Below are positions 1-13,100 of a stretch of 64,000 nucleotides of DNA, piece by piece. The DNA is from Macrostomum lignano (taxonomy: Eukaryota). The position numbers were made by a program, and so were the translations under genes. Where the stretch lies: the NCBI GenBank assembly GCA_002269645.1, contig NIVC01003075.1:57233-121232 (forward strand), read 5' to 3'. Position 1 is the first letter of the stretch. The number at the start of each line of letters is the position of its first letter. The notes under the pieces are model-generated. The model was given only the letters and a program-made list of their open reading frames with translations, was not told the DNA's origin and made no database searches.

Positions 1-832
1 AATCTCACCCTTACATACACGGAAATCTCACTCTTATACACTCGGAAATCTCACTCTTATACACGGAAATCTCACCCTTACACACAGGGAAATCTCACTC
101 TTACACACACGGAAATTTCGCTTTTACACACACGGAAATCTCACTTTTACACACACGGAAATCTCACTCTTATACACGGAAATCTCACCCTTACACACAG
201 GGAAATCTCACTCTTACACACACGGAAATCTCACTCTTATACACTCGGAAATCTCACTCTTATACACGGAAATCTCACTCTTATACACTCGGAAATCTCA
301 CTCTTATACACGGAAATCTCACCCTTACACACAGGGAAATCTCACTCTTACACACACGGAAATCTCACTCTTATACACTCGGAAATCTCACTCTTATACA
401 CGGAAATCTCACCCTTACACACAGGGAAATCTCACTCTTACACACACGGAAATTTCGCTTTTACACACACGGAAATCTCACCCTTACACACGGAAATCTC
501 ACTCTTTCACACGGAAATCCCACTTTTTCACAAGCAAACATGGAAATCTCACTCTTTCACAAGCACACAGGGAAATCTCTTTCTTACACACACGGAAACC
601 TCACTCTTACACACGGAAATCTTACCCTTACACACACGGAAATCTCACCCTTACACACACGGAAATCTCACTCTTACACACCGAAATCTCACCCTTACAC
701 ACACGGAAATCTCACCCTTACACACACGGAAATCTCACTCTTACACACGGAAATCTCACCCTTACACACACGGAAATCTCACTCTTACACACGAAAATCT
801 CACTCTTTCACGAGCACACCCGGAAATCTCAC
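1..832 (-). repeat. Intronic minisatellite, 21-23 bp unit (GGAAATCTCACTCTTACACAC), in a BRWD intron
   Basis: Tandem units run from base 1 to 832. On the transcript strand every unit reads ...AAG(G/A)GTGAGATTTCC, and the last unit is the real 5' splice site of exon 833-1132. Confidence 0.97.
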
Positions 833-1132
833 CCTTCTCTGCACATCAGCAGGATAAGGCTGCATCAGTGCATCAACCAGATAAGGAGGCGGCATCAAAT
901 GCGGCTGCCGTTGCGTTGCCTCGTCCAGCGGCCATCCGTTAGCATCAAGCGCGGGCGGGGCGAAGAAGTCCGTGTGAAAGAACTGCTCGTCCAGCGCGTG
1001 AGCATCGATTTCGTCATCAGAGGCTAAGCCGAACAACAGCAGATGTCCGATCGCGTCCACAACCGCCAGGGAGTCGCCGTCGGGACTGAATTTGGCTTCA
1101 AATAGGCTGACAGGCTGGCGAGTGTTGCTTGC
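833..1132 (-). CDS. BRWD3/PHIP: BRWD/PHIP coding exon 10 (last WD40 repeat and QPHLMPPP motif)
   Basis: Acceptor taccgcag| before 1132 and donor |gtgaga after 833. Translates ASNTRQPVSLFEAKFSPDGDSLAVVDAIGHLLLFG...QPHLMPPPYLVDALMQPYPADVQRR. Confidence 0.92.
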
Positions 1133-4100
1133 CTGCGGTATTCGAGAAATAAGCCATGCTTTGTAATTTTAACACTACTAATAGTAGGCTATAAAGTTTA
1201 AATTCAAAGCTAGAGTCTTGTGTAAATTTCACCACAGGTTAAAAACTAAATAAAGGAATTATTTAGATTTATAAGGACTCAAAGGACTTTATTATTCTGA
1301 TTGTCCAAGAATTCAGGGGGAATTATTCAGATTGTTAATGATCGCATAGGGAATTATTCACATGATTCTAAGTGGAATTATTTAGATGCTTATGAGGGGA
1401 ATTATTCAGATGATTGAGGGGAACTATTTAGATTATTCTAAGGGGAATTATTCAGATGATTCTAAGGGAGATTATCCAGATGATTCTGAGGGGAATTATT
1501 CAGATGATTCTTAGGGGGAATTATTCAGACGATTCTTAGGGGGGATTATTCAGATGATTCTTAGGGGGAATTATTCAGACGATTCTTAGGGGGAATTATT
1601 CAGATGATTCTTAGGGGGAATTATTCAGACGATTCTTAGGGGGTATTATTCAAATGATTCTTAGGGGGAATTATTCAGACGATTCTTAGGGGGAATTATT
1701 CAGACGATTCTTAGGGACAATTATTCAGACGATTCTTAGGGGGTATTATTCAAATGATTCTTAGGGGGAATTATTCAGACGATTCTTAGGGGGAATTATT
1801 CAGACGATTCTTAGGGGGTATTATTCAAATGATTCTTAGGGGGAATTATTCAGACGATTCTTAGGGGGGGGATTATTCAGACGATTCTTAGGGGGGATTA
1901 TTCAGACGATTCTTAGGGGGTATTATTAAAATGATTCTTAAGGGGGATTATTCAGATGATTCTTAGGGGGGATTATTCAGATGATTCTTAGGGGGAATTA
2001 TTCAGACGATTCTTAGGGGGGACTATTCAGACGATTCTTAGGGGTATTATTCAAATGATTCTTAGGGGAATTATTCAGACGATTCTTAGGGGGATTATTC
2101 AGACGATTCTTAGGGGGTATTATTCAAATGATTCTTAAGGGGAATTATTCAGACGATTCTTAGGGGGGGATTATTCAGACGATTCTTAGGGGGTATTATT
2201 CAGATGATTCTTAGGGGGAATTATTCAAATGATTCTTAGGGGGAATTATTCAGACGATTCTTAGGGGGGATTATTCAGACGATTCTTAGGGGGTATTATT
2301 CAAATGATTCTTAGGGGGAATTATTCAGACGATTCTTAGGGGGAATTATTCAGACGATTCTTAGGGGGGATTATTCAGATGATTCTTAGGGGGAATTATT
2401 CAGATGATTCTTAGGGGGAATTATTCAGACGATTCTTAGGGAGAATTATTCAGACGATTCTTAGGGGGAATTATTCAGATGATTCTTAGGGAGAATTATT
2501 CAGACGATTCTTAGGCAGAATTATTCAGACGATTCTTAGGGGGAATTATTCAGACGATTCTTAGGGGGGATTATTCAGACGATTCTTAGGGGGTATTATT
2601 CAAATGATTCTTAGGGGAAATTATTCAGATGATTTTTAGGGAGAATTATTCAGACGATTCTTAGGGGGGGATTATTCAGACGATTCTTAGGGGGAATTAT
2701 TCAGACGATTCTTAGGGGGGATTATTCAGACGATTCTTAGGGGTATTATTCAAATGATTCTTAGGGGAATTATTCAGACGATTCTTAGGGGAATTATTCA
2801 GACGATTCTTAGGGGGAATTATTCAGACGATTCTTAGGGGTATTATTCAAATGATTCTTAGGGGGAATTATTCAGACGATTCTTAGGGGGAATTATTCAG
2901 ACGATTCTTAGGGGGGATTATTCAGATGATTCTTAGGGGGAATTATTCAGATGATTCTTAGGGGGAATTATTCAGATGATTCTTAGGGGGAATTATTCAG
3001 ACGATTCTTAGGGAGAATTATTCAGACGATTCTTAGGGACAATTATTCAGACGATTCTTAGGGGGTATTATTCAAATGATTCTTAGGGGGAATTATTCAG
3101 ACGATTCTTAGGGGGAATTATTCAGACGATTCTTAGGGGTATTATTCAAATGATTCTTAGGGGGAATTATTCAGACGATTCTTAGGGGGGGATTATTCAG
3201 ACGATTCTTAGGGGGATTATTCAGACGATTCTTAGGGGTATTATTAAAATGATTCTTAGGGGGATTATTCAGATGATTCTTAGGGGGGATTATTCAGATG
3301 ATTCTTAGGGAGAATTATTCAGACGATTCTTAGGGGGAATTATTCAGACGATTCTTAGGGGGGGACTATTCAGACGATTCTTAGGGGGTATTATTCAAAT
3401 GATTCTTAGGGGGAATTATTCAGACGATTCTTAGGGGGGATTATTCAGACGATTCTTAGGGGGTATTATTCAAATGATTCTTAAGGGGAATTATTCAGAC
3501 GATTCTTAGGGGGGATTATTCAGACGATTCTTAGGGGGTATTATTCAGATGATTCTTAGGGGGAATTATTCAAATGATTCTTAGGGGGAATTATTCAGAC
3601 GATTCTTAGGGGGGATTATTCAGACGATTCTTAGGGGGTATTATTCAAATGATTCTTAGGGGGAATTATTCAGACGATTCTTAGGGGGAATTATTCAGAC
3701 GATTCTTAGGGGGGATTATTCAGATGATTCTTAGGGGGAATTATTCAGATGATTCTTAGGGGGAATTATTCAGACGATTCTTAGGGAGAATTATTCAGAC
3801 GATTCTTAGGGGGAATTATTCAGATGATTCTTAGGGAGAATTATTCAGACGATTCTTAGGCAGAATTATTCAGACGATTCTTAGGGGGAATTATTCAGAC
3901 GATTCTTAGGGGGATTATTCAGACGATTCTTAGGGGGTATTATTCAAATGATTCTTAGGGGAAATTATTCAGATGATTTTTAGGGAGAATTATTCAGACG
4001 ATTCTTAGGGGGGGATTATTCAGACGATTCTTAGGGGGAATTATTCAGACGATTCTTAGGGGGGATTATTCAGACGATTCTTAGGGGTATTATTCAAATG

Positions 4101-7100
4101 ATTCTTAGGGGGAATTATTCAGACGATTCTTAGGGGGAATTATTCAGACGATTCTTAGGGGGAATTATTCAGACGATTCTTAGGGGTATTATTCAAATGA
4201 TTCTTAGGGGGAATTATTCAGACGATTCTTAGGGGGAATTATTCAGACGATTCTTAGGGGGGATTATTCAGATGATTCTTAGGGGGAATTATTCAGATGA
4301 TTCTTAGGGGGAATTATTCAGATGATTCTTAGGGGGAATTATTCAGACGATTCTTAGGGAGAATTATTCAGACGATTCTTAGGGACAATTATTCAGACGA
4401 TTCTTAGGCAGAATTATTCAGATGATCCTTAGGGAGAATTATTCAAACGATTCTTAGGGAGAATTATTCAGACGATTCTTAGGGGGAATTATTCAAATGA
4501 TTCTTAGGGGGAATTATTCAGACGATTCTTAGGGGGTATTATTCAAATGATTCTTAGGGGGAATTATTCAGACGATTCTTAGGGGGAATTATTCAGACGA
4601 TTCTTAGGGGGAATTATTCAGACGATTCTTAGGGGTATTATTCAAATGATTCTTAGGGGGAATTATTCAGACGATTCTTAGGGGGAATTATTCAGACGAT
4701 TCTTAGGGGGGATTATTCAGATGATTCTTAGGGGGAATTATTCAGATGATTCTTAGGGGGAATTATTCAGATGATTCTTAGGGGGAATTATTCAGACGAT
4801 TCTTAGGGAGAATTATTCAGACGATTCTTAGGGACAATTATTCAGACGATTCTTAGGGGGAATTATTCAGATGATCCTTAGGGAGAATTATTCAAACGAT
4901 TCTTAGGGAGAATTATTCAGACGATTCTTAGGGGGAATTATTCAAATGATTCTTAGGGGGAATTATTCAGACGATTCTTAGGGGGTATTATTCAAATGAT
5001 TCTTAGGGGGAATTATTCAGACGATTCTTAGGGGGGGGGGATTATTCAGACGATTCTTAGGGAGAATTATTCAGACGATTCTTAGGGGGGGATTATTCAG
5101 ACGATTCTTAGGGGGGGATTATTCAGACGATTCTTAGGGGGGGATTATTCAGACGATTCTTAGGGAGAATTATTCAGACGATTCTTAGGGGGGGGGATTA
5201 TTCAGACGATTCTTAGGGGGAATTATTCAGACGATTCTTAGGGGGTATTATTCAAATGATTCTTAGGGGGAATTATTCAGATGATTCTTATGGGGTATTA
5301 TTCAGATGATTCTTAGTGGGAATAATTCAGGTGATTCTTAGGGGGTATTATTTAGATGATTCTTAGTGGGAATAATTCAGGTGATTCTTAGGGGGTATTA
5401 TTTAGATGATTCTTTTGGGGGTATTATTCAAATGACTCTAAGGGGAATTATTCAGATGGTTCTTATGGGGGAATTATTAAGGTGGTTCTTAGGAGGAATT
5501 ATTCAGATGATTCTGAGGGGGGAATAAATCAGATGATTCTGGGGCATTATTCTAATGATTCTGAAGGGGGAATTATTTAAATGACTTTGATGATAATTAT
5601 TTAGACATACAAAAGCATCTAGAAAAAGCAAAATAACCTGGTTGAAATGCCGGAACGCCGAACTAGACGACTGCAAATCTCGCACAGCAATTTTGCCATC
5701 GTAGCCGGCCGTGAGGAACAGCCGCGGATTCGACGGGTGGCAATCCACAACGAATACGTCGTCGCGGTGGTCGCGAAATACGGCTAATAAATGACCGCGC
5801 CGGCTGTCCCAGCAGTGCACCAGGTGATTCGAATGGGTAGTAACTATGCACCTGGAGCCGATATGTATGGAAACAATTATTTAGATTAAAGATAAAATAG
5901 ACTAACTAACTACTAAACTAATACGTTATACAAGCGTATGCATTGTAAAGACAAAAGCTTATCGAACGATATGTATCGAAAAAATGTATTAAGAAATTTT
6001 TATTAATTTAAATGACATTATGCATCCGATGGCGCTCTTGACCAGATAGTCCGATATGTATCGAAAGAACACTTTACAAAGCGTATAATTTATTATTAAA
6101 CGAATCCTTTTCACTGATAATAACAATCAAAACCATACTTTTCAAAACGCGAAATATCATCAACAATATGTATTGAAAGAATGTTTTAAAAAAACAAAAT
6201 TATATACCCTAATTTCTGGGTACTGAAACTTGACTCATATAACTTTAGAAAAGACAATTTAAAAAGACTTATTCACAAACTAGTACGCATCCGATATGTA
6301 TCGAAAGAACACTTACACAAATTATCTCATTTATTATTAAACAAAGCTCTTTTAATTTTAATGCATCAAAACAATGCAAAATTAAATCAACGATATGTAT
6401 CGAAATAATGTTTTACAAAACTAAAATTTTATATATACCAACTTTTAGGTTCTGAAACTAACCTAGTAACCGCATGTTACTTTCAAATGACAATTTGAGA
6501 GCCTAATTCATAGAATAACACACAACCGATATGTATCGAAATAATGTTTTACAAAGCCAAAATTTTATGTATGCTAACTTTTTCCAATATACTAAAAATG
6601 AGTTGTCTGTATGTGGGTAGGTAGGTATGCGATAGATTTCAGAAAAAATGGCTCAACCGATTTTCTTCAAACTTGCACCATTCGATCAGAAATTTTCCTG
6701 GGACGGTACATGCATCCTGGCTAAGAAACTGCTCAATGTTAAAGGGATTAAATATTCGAAAAACATGCTTTTTTTGCAAAGGTCAAGCTAAATTTTCGAC
6801 TTGAAATGCATTTTAAGAATGCTAGAGAAAAAAACTGACTGCCTAAATCCCGATTGTGATAAATATTGCATCACAACAAGTTCAAAACAGTGCCGAAGAA
6901 ATGCACACAAGACTTGATTGTAATTGCGTAACCATATTGCTAACTTGAATTGAGACTAATACTGGCTGATTGAGAAATTGATTATGTCATAACTTTTTAC
7001 TCTAACCAACTTACTGTAAGAATTGAATTATAAGGGCCACAATTCATGTTCTCTCATTAAAAAGAGATAGCCTTGATGCGAACAGACTGGAGTGCTAATT

Positions 7101-10100
7101 AAGCGACCTGGGTTCGAATCTTAGTAGTGCAAAATAATTTTTTTATTAAAGCACATTAAAAACACAAAATGCTAAACATTAAAAAAGCGCAATGTCAAAC
7201 ATAAAATTGGCACCATGTCAAACATTGAATAGCCATTATTTCAAACATAAAAGAGCCACCATGGCAATCATAAAAGAGCCACCATTTCAAACATAAAAGA
7301 GCCACCATGTCAAACATAAAAGAGCCACCATGTCAAACATAAAAGAGCCACCATGTCGAAAATAAAAGAGCCACCATTTCGAACATAAAAGAGCCACCAT
7401 GTCAAACATTAAAGAGCCCCCATGTCGAACATTAAAGAGCCACCGTGTCGAACATAAAAGAGCCACCATGCCAAACATAAAAGAGCCACCATGTCGAACA
7501 TTAAAGAGCCACCATGGCGAACATTAAAGAGCCACCATGTCGAACATAAAAGAGCCACCATGTCAAACATAAAAGAGCCACCATTTTGAACATAAAAGAG
7601 CCACCATGTCGAACATAAAAGAGCCACCATGCCAAATATAAAAGAGCAACGATGTCAAACATAAAAGAGCCACCATGTAAAACATAAAAGAGCCACCATG
7701 TCAAACATAAAAGAGCCACCATTTTGAACATAAAAGAGCCACCATGTCGAACATAAAAGAGCCACCATGTCGAACATAAAAGAGCCACCATGTCGAACAT
7801 AAACGAGCCACCATGCCAAATATAAAAGAGCCACCATGTCGAACATAAAAGAGCAACGATGTCAAACATAAAAGGGCCACCATGTCAAACATTAAAGAGC
7901 TATCATGTCAAACACAAAATAGCCATTATGTCAAACATAACAGAGCTGCCATGGCGAACATTAAAGAGCCACCATGTCAAACATAAAAGTGCCACCATGT
8001 CGAACATTAAAGAGCCAACATGTCGAACATTAAAGAGCCACCATGTCAAACATTAAAGAGCCACCATGTCAAAAATTTAAGAGCCACCATGTCAAGTATT
8101 AAAGAGCCATCATGTCAAACATAAAAGAGCTATTATGTCAAAAATATACGTGACTCCATGTCAAACATTAAAGAGCCACCATGTCAAACATTAAAGAGCA
8201 ATCATGTCAAACACAAAATAGCCACCATGTCAAACATAGAAGAGACACTATGTCAAACATAACAGAGCCACCATGTCAAACACAAAATAGCCACCATGTC
8301 AAACATTAAAGAGCCACTATGTCAAACATTAAAGAGCCACCATGGCGAACATTAAAGAGCCACCATGTCAAATATAAAAGAGCAACGATGTCAAACATAA
8401 AAGAGCCACCATGTAAAACATAAAAGAGCCATTATGTAAAAAATCTACGTGACTCCATGTCAAACATTAAAGAGCTATCATGTCAAACACAAAATAGCCA
8501 TTATGTCAAACATAACAGAGCTGCCATGGCGAACATTAAAGAGCCACCATGTCAAACATAAAAGTGCCACCATGTCGAACATTAAAGAGCCAACATGTCG
8601 AACATTAAAGAGCCACCATGTCAAACATTAAAGAGCCACCATGTCAAACATTTAAGAGCCACCATGTCAAACATTAAAGAGCAACCATGGCGAACATTAA
8701 AGAGCCACCATGTCAAACATAAAAGTGCCACCATGTCAAACAATAAAGAGCCACCATGTCAAACATTAAAGGGCCACCATGTCAAAAAATAAAGAGCCAC
8801 CATTGCGAACATTAAAGAGCCACCATGTCAAACATAAAAGAGCCACCATGTCAAACATTAAAGAGCCACCATGGCGAACATTAAAGAGCCACACTGGCGA
8901 ACATTAAAGAGCCACCATGTCGAACATTAAAGAGCCACCATGTCAAACATAAAAGAGCTATTATGTCAAAAATATACGTGACTCCATGTCAAACATTAAA
9001 GAGCCACCATGTCAAACATTAAGGAGCTATCATGTCAAACACAAAATAGCCACCATGTCAAACATAGAAGAGACACTATGTCAAACGTAACAGGGCCACC
9101 ATGGCGAACAATAAAGAGCCACCATGTCAAACATAAAAGTGCCACCATGTCAAACATTAAAGAGCCACCACGTCAAATATAGAAGACACCATGTCAAACA
9201 TTAAAGAGCCACCACGTCAAATATAGAAGACACCATGTCAAACATTAAAGAGCTATCATGTCAAACACAAAAGAGCTACCATGTCAAACATAGAGGAGCT
9301 ACCATATCAAGCATTAAAGATGCACCTTTTTAAACAAAAAAGAGACCCCGTTTCAAACATAAAAGAAGTGTCATGCCAAACAAAATGAAACCACTATAAA
9401 GCTAAGGAAATAGTTGCACTAGCTACTTGCTTACAGGGGGATGCTTGCTCTTGTGGGTGGAGGGTACTTGCTATCTGAAAGGGGGTTGCTAGATATTAAA
9501 AGGTATCTTTGTATCCAGGTTATGCTTGCTATCAGGGGTCTGGGGGAATGCTTGCTATCTGGGGGATGCTTGCTATCTGGCGTTGCTTGCTATCGGGGGG
9601 ATGCTTGCCATCTGGGGGATGCTTGCTATCGGGGGGATGCTTGCTATCTGGGGATGCTTGCTATCTGGGGGATGCTTGCTATCTGGGGGATGCTTATTAT
9701 CTGGGGTCTGGGGGATGCTTGCTATCTGGGGATGCTTGCTATCTGGGGTTGCTTGCTATCGGGGGGATGCTTGCTATCTGGGGGATGCTTGCTATCTGGG
9801 GGATGCTTGCTATCTGGGGGATGCTTGCTATCTGGGGGATGCTTGCTATCTGGGGGATGCTTGCTATCTGGGGTTGCTTGCTATCGGGGGGATGCTGCTT
9901 GCTATCGGGGGGATGCTTGCTATCTGGGGGATGCTTGCTATCTGCGAGATGCTTGCTGTCTGAGGGATGCTTGCTATCTGGGGTCTGGGGGAATGCTTGC
10001 TATCTGGGGATGCTTGCTATCTGGGGTTGCTTGCTATCGGGGGGATGCTTGCTACCTGGGGGATGCTTGCAGTCTGGGGGATGCTTACTATCTGGGGTCT

Positions 10101-13100
10101 GGGGGAATGCTTGCTATCTGGGGATGCTTGCTATCTGGCGTTGCTTGCTATCGGGGGGATGCTTGCTATCTGGGGGATGCTTGCTATCTGCGAGATGCTT
10201 GCTGTCTGAGGGATGCTTGCTATCTGGGGTCTGGGGGAATGCTTGCTATCTGGGGATGCTTGCTATCTGGGGTTGCTTGCTATCGGGGGATGCTTGCTAC
10301 CTGGGGGATGCTTGCAGTCTGGGGGATGCTTACTATCTGGGGTCTGGGGGAATGCTTGCTATCTGGGGGATGCTTGCTATCTGGCGTTGCTTGCTATCGG
10401 GGGATGCTGCTTGCTATCGGGGGATGCTTGTTATCTGGGGGATGCTTGCTATCTGCGGGATGCTTGCTGTCTGGGGGATGCTTACTATCTGGGGTCTGGG
10501 GGAATGCTTGCTATCTGGGGATGCTTGCTATCTGGGGTTGCTTGCTATCGGGGGGATGCTTGCTACCTGGGGGATGCTTGCAGTCTGGGGGATGCTTGCT
10601 ATTTGGGGATTGATGCTTGAATGCTGTCTGAGGATGCTTGCTATCTTGGGATGTTTTGTTTTTAGAGGGAATATCTGTTGTTGTTTTTTGAAGGCTTTAT
10701 TTCGCTGTCTATTTTTTATTTGTAAAAAAGGATTCTATCCAGATGTCCCCCATCGGGGGGCGAAGATTGCTAGTTCAGGTTCTAAAACTAACCTAGTAAC
10801 TACATGTTACTTTCAAATGACAATTTGAAAGCCTAATTCATAGAATAACACACAACCGATATGTATCGAAAGAATACTTTACAAAGGCAAAAAAGTCACT
10901 AACCTATCGTCAGCTGTCCAACTAACGCCTCTAGCTTGTTGACTTGGCCCGGGCGGGCACAGCACCAGAGAGCGCCACAGCTGTCTAGAGTAGCTCCACA
11001 CTCGGCATGTTCCATCTGTACTGCAGCTGGCAAATCTGCCATCCCAGTGGCTATAGGCGACGCTATCAACGCTACCCTTGTGACCCTCGAGTTCGCCGAT
11101 TTTCTCCGGTATTCCAGGCTGGAAGCTGTACACCCGGATGGCGTGATCGGAGCAACCGCCGACAAAGAAGCCGCCGCCGGCGCTGAAGCAGCTGGCCATC
11201 ATGCAGCAGCCGGGCCTGGATCGTTCAATAAACTTGACAGGCCGTTCTTCAAACTTCAAGCTGGCTGGATCGTAGGACCAGAAGCAGACGCAGCCGTCCT
11301 TAGCTGTCGATGCCAGCCATCGTTTCGAACCCCGGACCGACGGGGAAAAAGCTACGGAGATGATAGCCGAAGTGTGCAAGCTCAGCACGGCAATTGGAGC
11401 GCAATTATCTAAACGCCAAACCATGACGCGCTTATCGCATGCGCCGGAAGCTAATAGGCGATTATCGTGCGATACGGTCAGATCGCAGATTTCATTGCGA
11501 TGCCCGCGCAGAGTGGCTAATAGGCGCAACGAACGGCAGCACCAAACTTTAATTAGGGAATCGTCTGCGCCCTGCAATTGATTTTTCAAAAATCTTTAAT
11601 GATTTTTTCTTTTAAAAAGCTATGCATAATACTTTCAAAAGTATAGGAAAAATTTTATAGGAAAAAGAATTAAATTTTTAAAATCCTGTTCCCGATATGT
11701 ATCGAAAACGACACTTTAGTAAGGGAAACATGATTATGTTTATGACATTCTTTTTTAATTAAGGAGAACCTGTACCAACTTTATTATTTTATTGCCGATA
11801 TGTATCGAAATGATCTTAAATTAAGTAAAATCCTATTCTAAAATCTATACTGATTTTAATTAACTTTCTTTACTAAATGTTTAAGATTTTAGCAAGCAAA
11901 AAATATGCTACTTACAGTAATAACAAATCGAGACGTTCTATCGAACACAACGCAGTAGACTGAATTGCCGTGACCAACGATACGTTTGCGAAACTTCAAT
12001 CGTTTGTAGATGGCGCTCTCCAGCTGGTTGCGATGCCGCGGATCGTAGGCGCTTTGTAGAACGCAGTTGGCTAAAAAAAATCAAGCATAAGCGGTACAGA
12101 CTACTTTCATACAAAATGAGGATACAATTTACTTGAAAAAGTGCAACAGACTATTTTGCCTTTTTACGCACTACCTTAATGACACCTGGTCCAAATGAGC
12201 TAGATGTGCAACCGACAGCTCAGCCGCTGCCCGCAGCTATTGCGCGGCGCCTCTGAAGGCTGCGTACGGCTGCTCAGTCCAAGGACTGGGGGGTCGCTAC
12301 ACACAGCCTCAATTACCCCAGCTAATGCTGAACTGAAGCAATGCAGAGTTAAGTGTCTTGCTCCAGTGGGATCGGGAATCGAACCTCCGACCTTAAGTTG
12401 CGAGTCCGACGCTCTAACCACTGGGCTACAACCCCCTATACGCGCTACAGACTACTTTAAATAGTGGAGTTAGTAGAGGTGATAGCATTTGATAGCAGAA
12501 AAATATTTGCAATCAACTTACGAACGTTCCGCTTGGATCGAACACAATTCACTGGCAATCGAAAGCCGCGCTTATGCACTGGAAAGCTCTGACTAAGCGT
12601 CAGATAAATACTGCCGTGATCTGTAAATTTTGTATCGAAGCTTTTTTTAATAAACTGCTAGATAACTACTAGGTTTGCTACATTGAACTAAACAGGTGAT
12701 GCAACTAACAAAAGACAGTATAGCAATGGCACTATTGTGTAGAAGTACCAGCAGCGAGTAGGGATGACACACTATGCAGATGTTTAGAGGATTTATGCAA
12801 GCGTATATACAAAACTAAAAAGAAAATACTAATTCTCAAGCACAATGACCAAATATTAGTGCCGAAACATCCAAACAAAAATATTGCTATATGATTAATT
12901 CTATGCATTCTAACAACTAAAAGAAAAAAGCAAATTAACATAGATAAATACTTCTATAGGGGAGTTATGCTACAACTTGCCTTGCAAAGACACGCCAGTG
13001 GCTCCTGCAATTGCAAGCGTCGAATAAATTTGATTCGATATGAATAGATTAGGATCCATATGAGATGAGATTTGGGTAGATTTAGATTAGGATCCATATG

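Larger units (their letters stand above)
6583..10773 (+). mobile_element. Non-autonomous Helitron-like element filled with two minisatellites
   Basis: Starts TCCAATATACTAAAAATGAG followed by a ctgtatgtggg...gctcaaccgattttcttcaaac segment typical of HINE/Lep1-like Helitron 5' ends. Ends with a CCCCC-ATC-GGGGGG hairpin (10747-10760) 10 nt before CTAG|T. Removing 6583-10773 restores the host repeat unit (aacttt..aggttct(g/a)aaactaacctagtaac) seen intact at 6440-6470. Confidence 0.72.

Noticed and set aside
7287-10828. Long ORFs (up to 439 aa) over the 23-bp and 18-bp arrays, and similar ORFs at 540-857, 39385-39978, 41002-41413, 42307-42965, 45012-46747 and 55475-56066
   Set aside because: These are translations of stop-poor tandem repeats, open in several frames at once, and they lie in introns. 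Only the short non-repetitive parts (42282-42430, 55401-55544) are real exons.
12370-12435. Possible tRNA genes at SINE heads (also 47023, 53760, 57254, 58795, 7075)
   Set aside because: A and B boxes are present, but acceptor stems are incomplete and the sequence continues into a shared SINE body.
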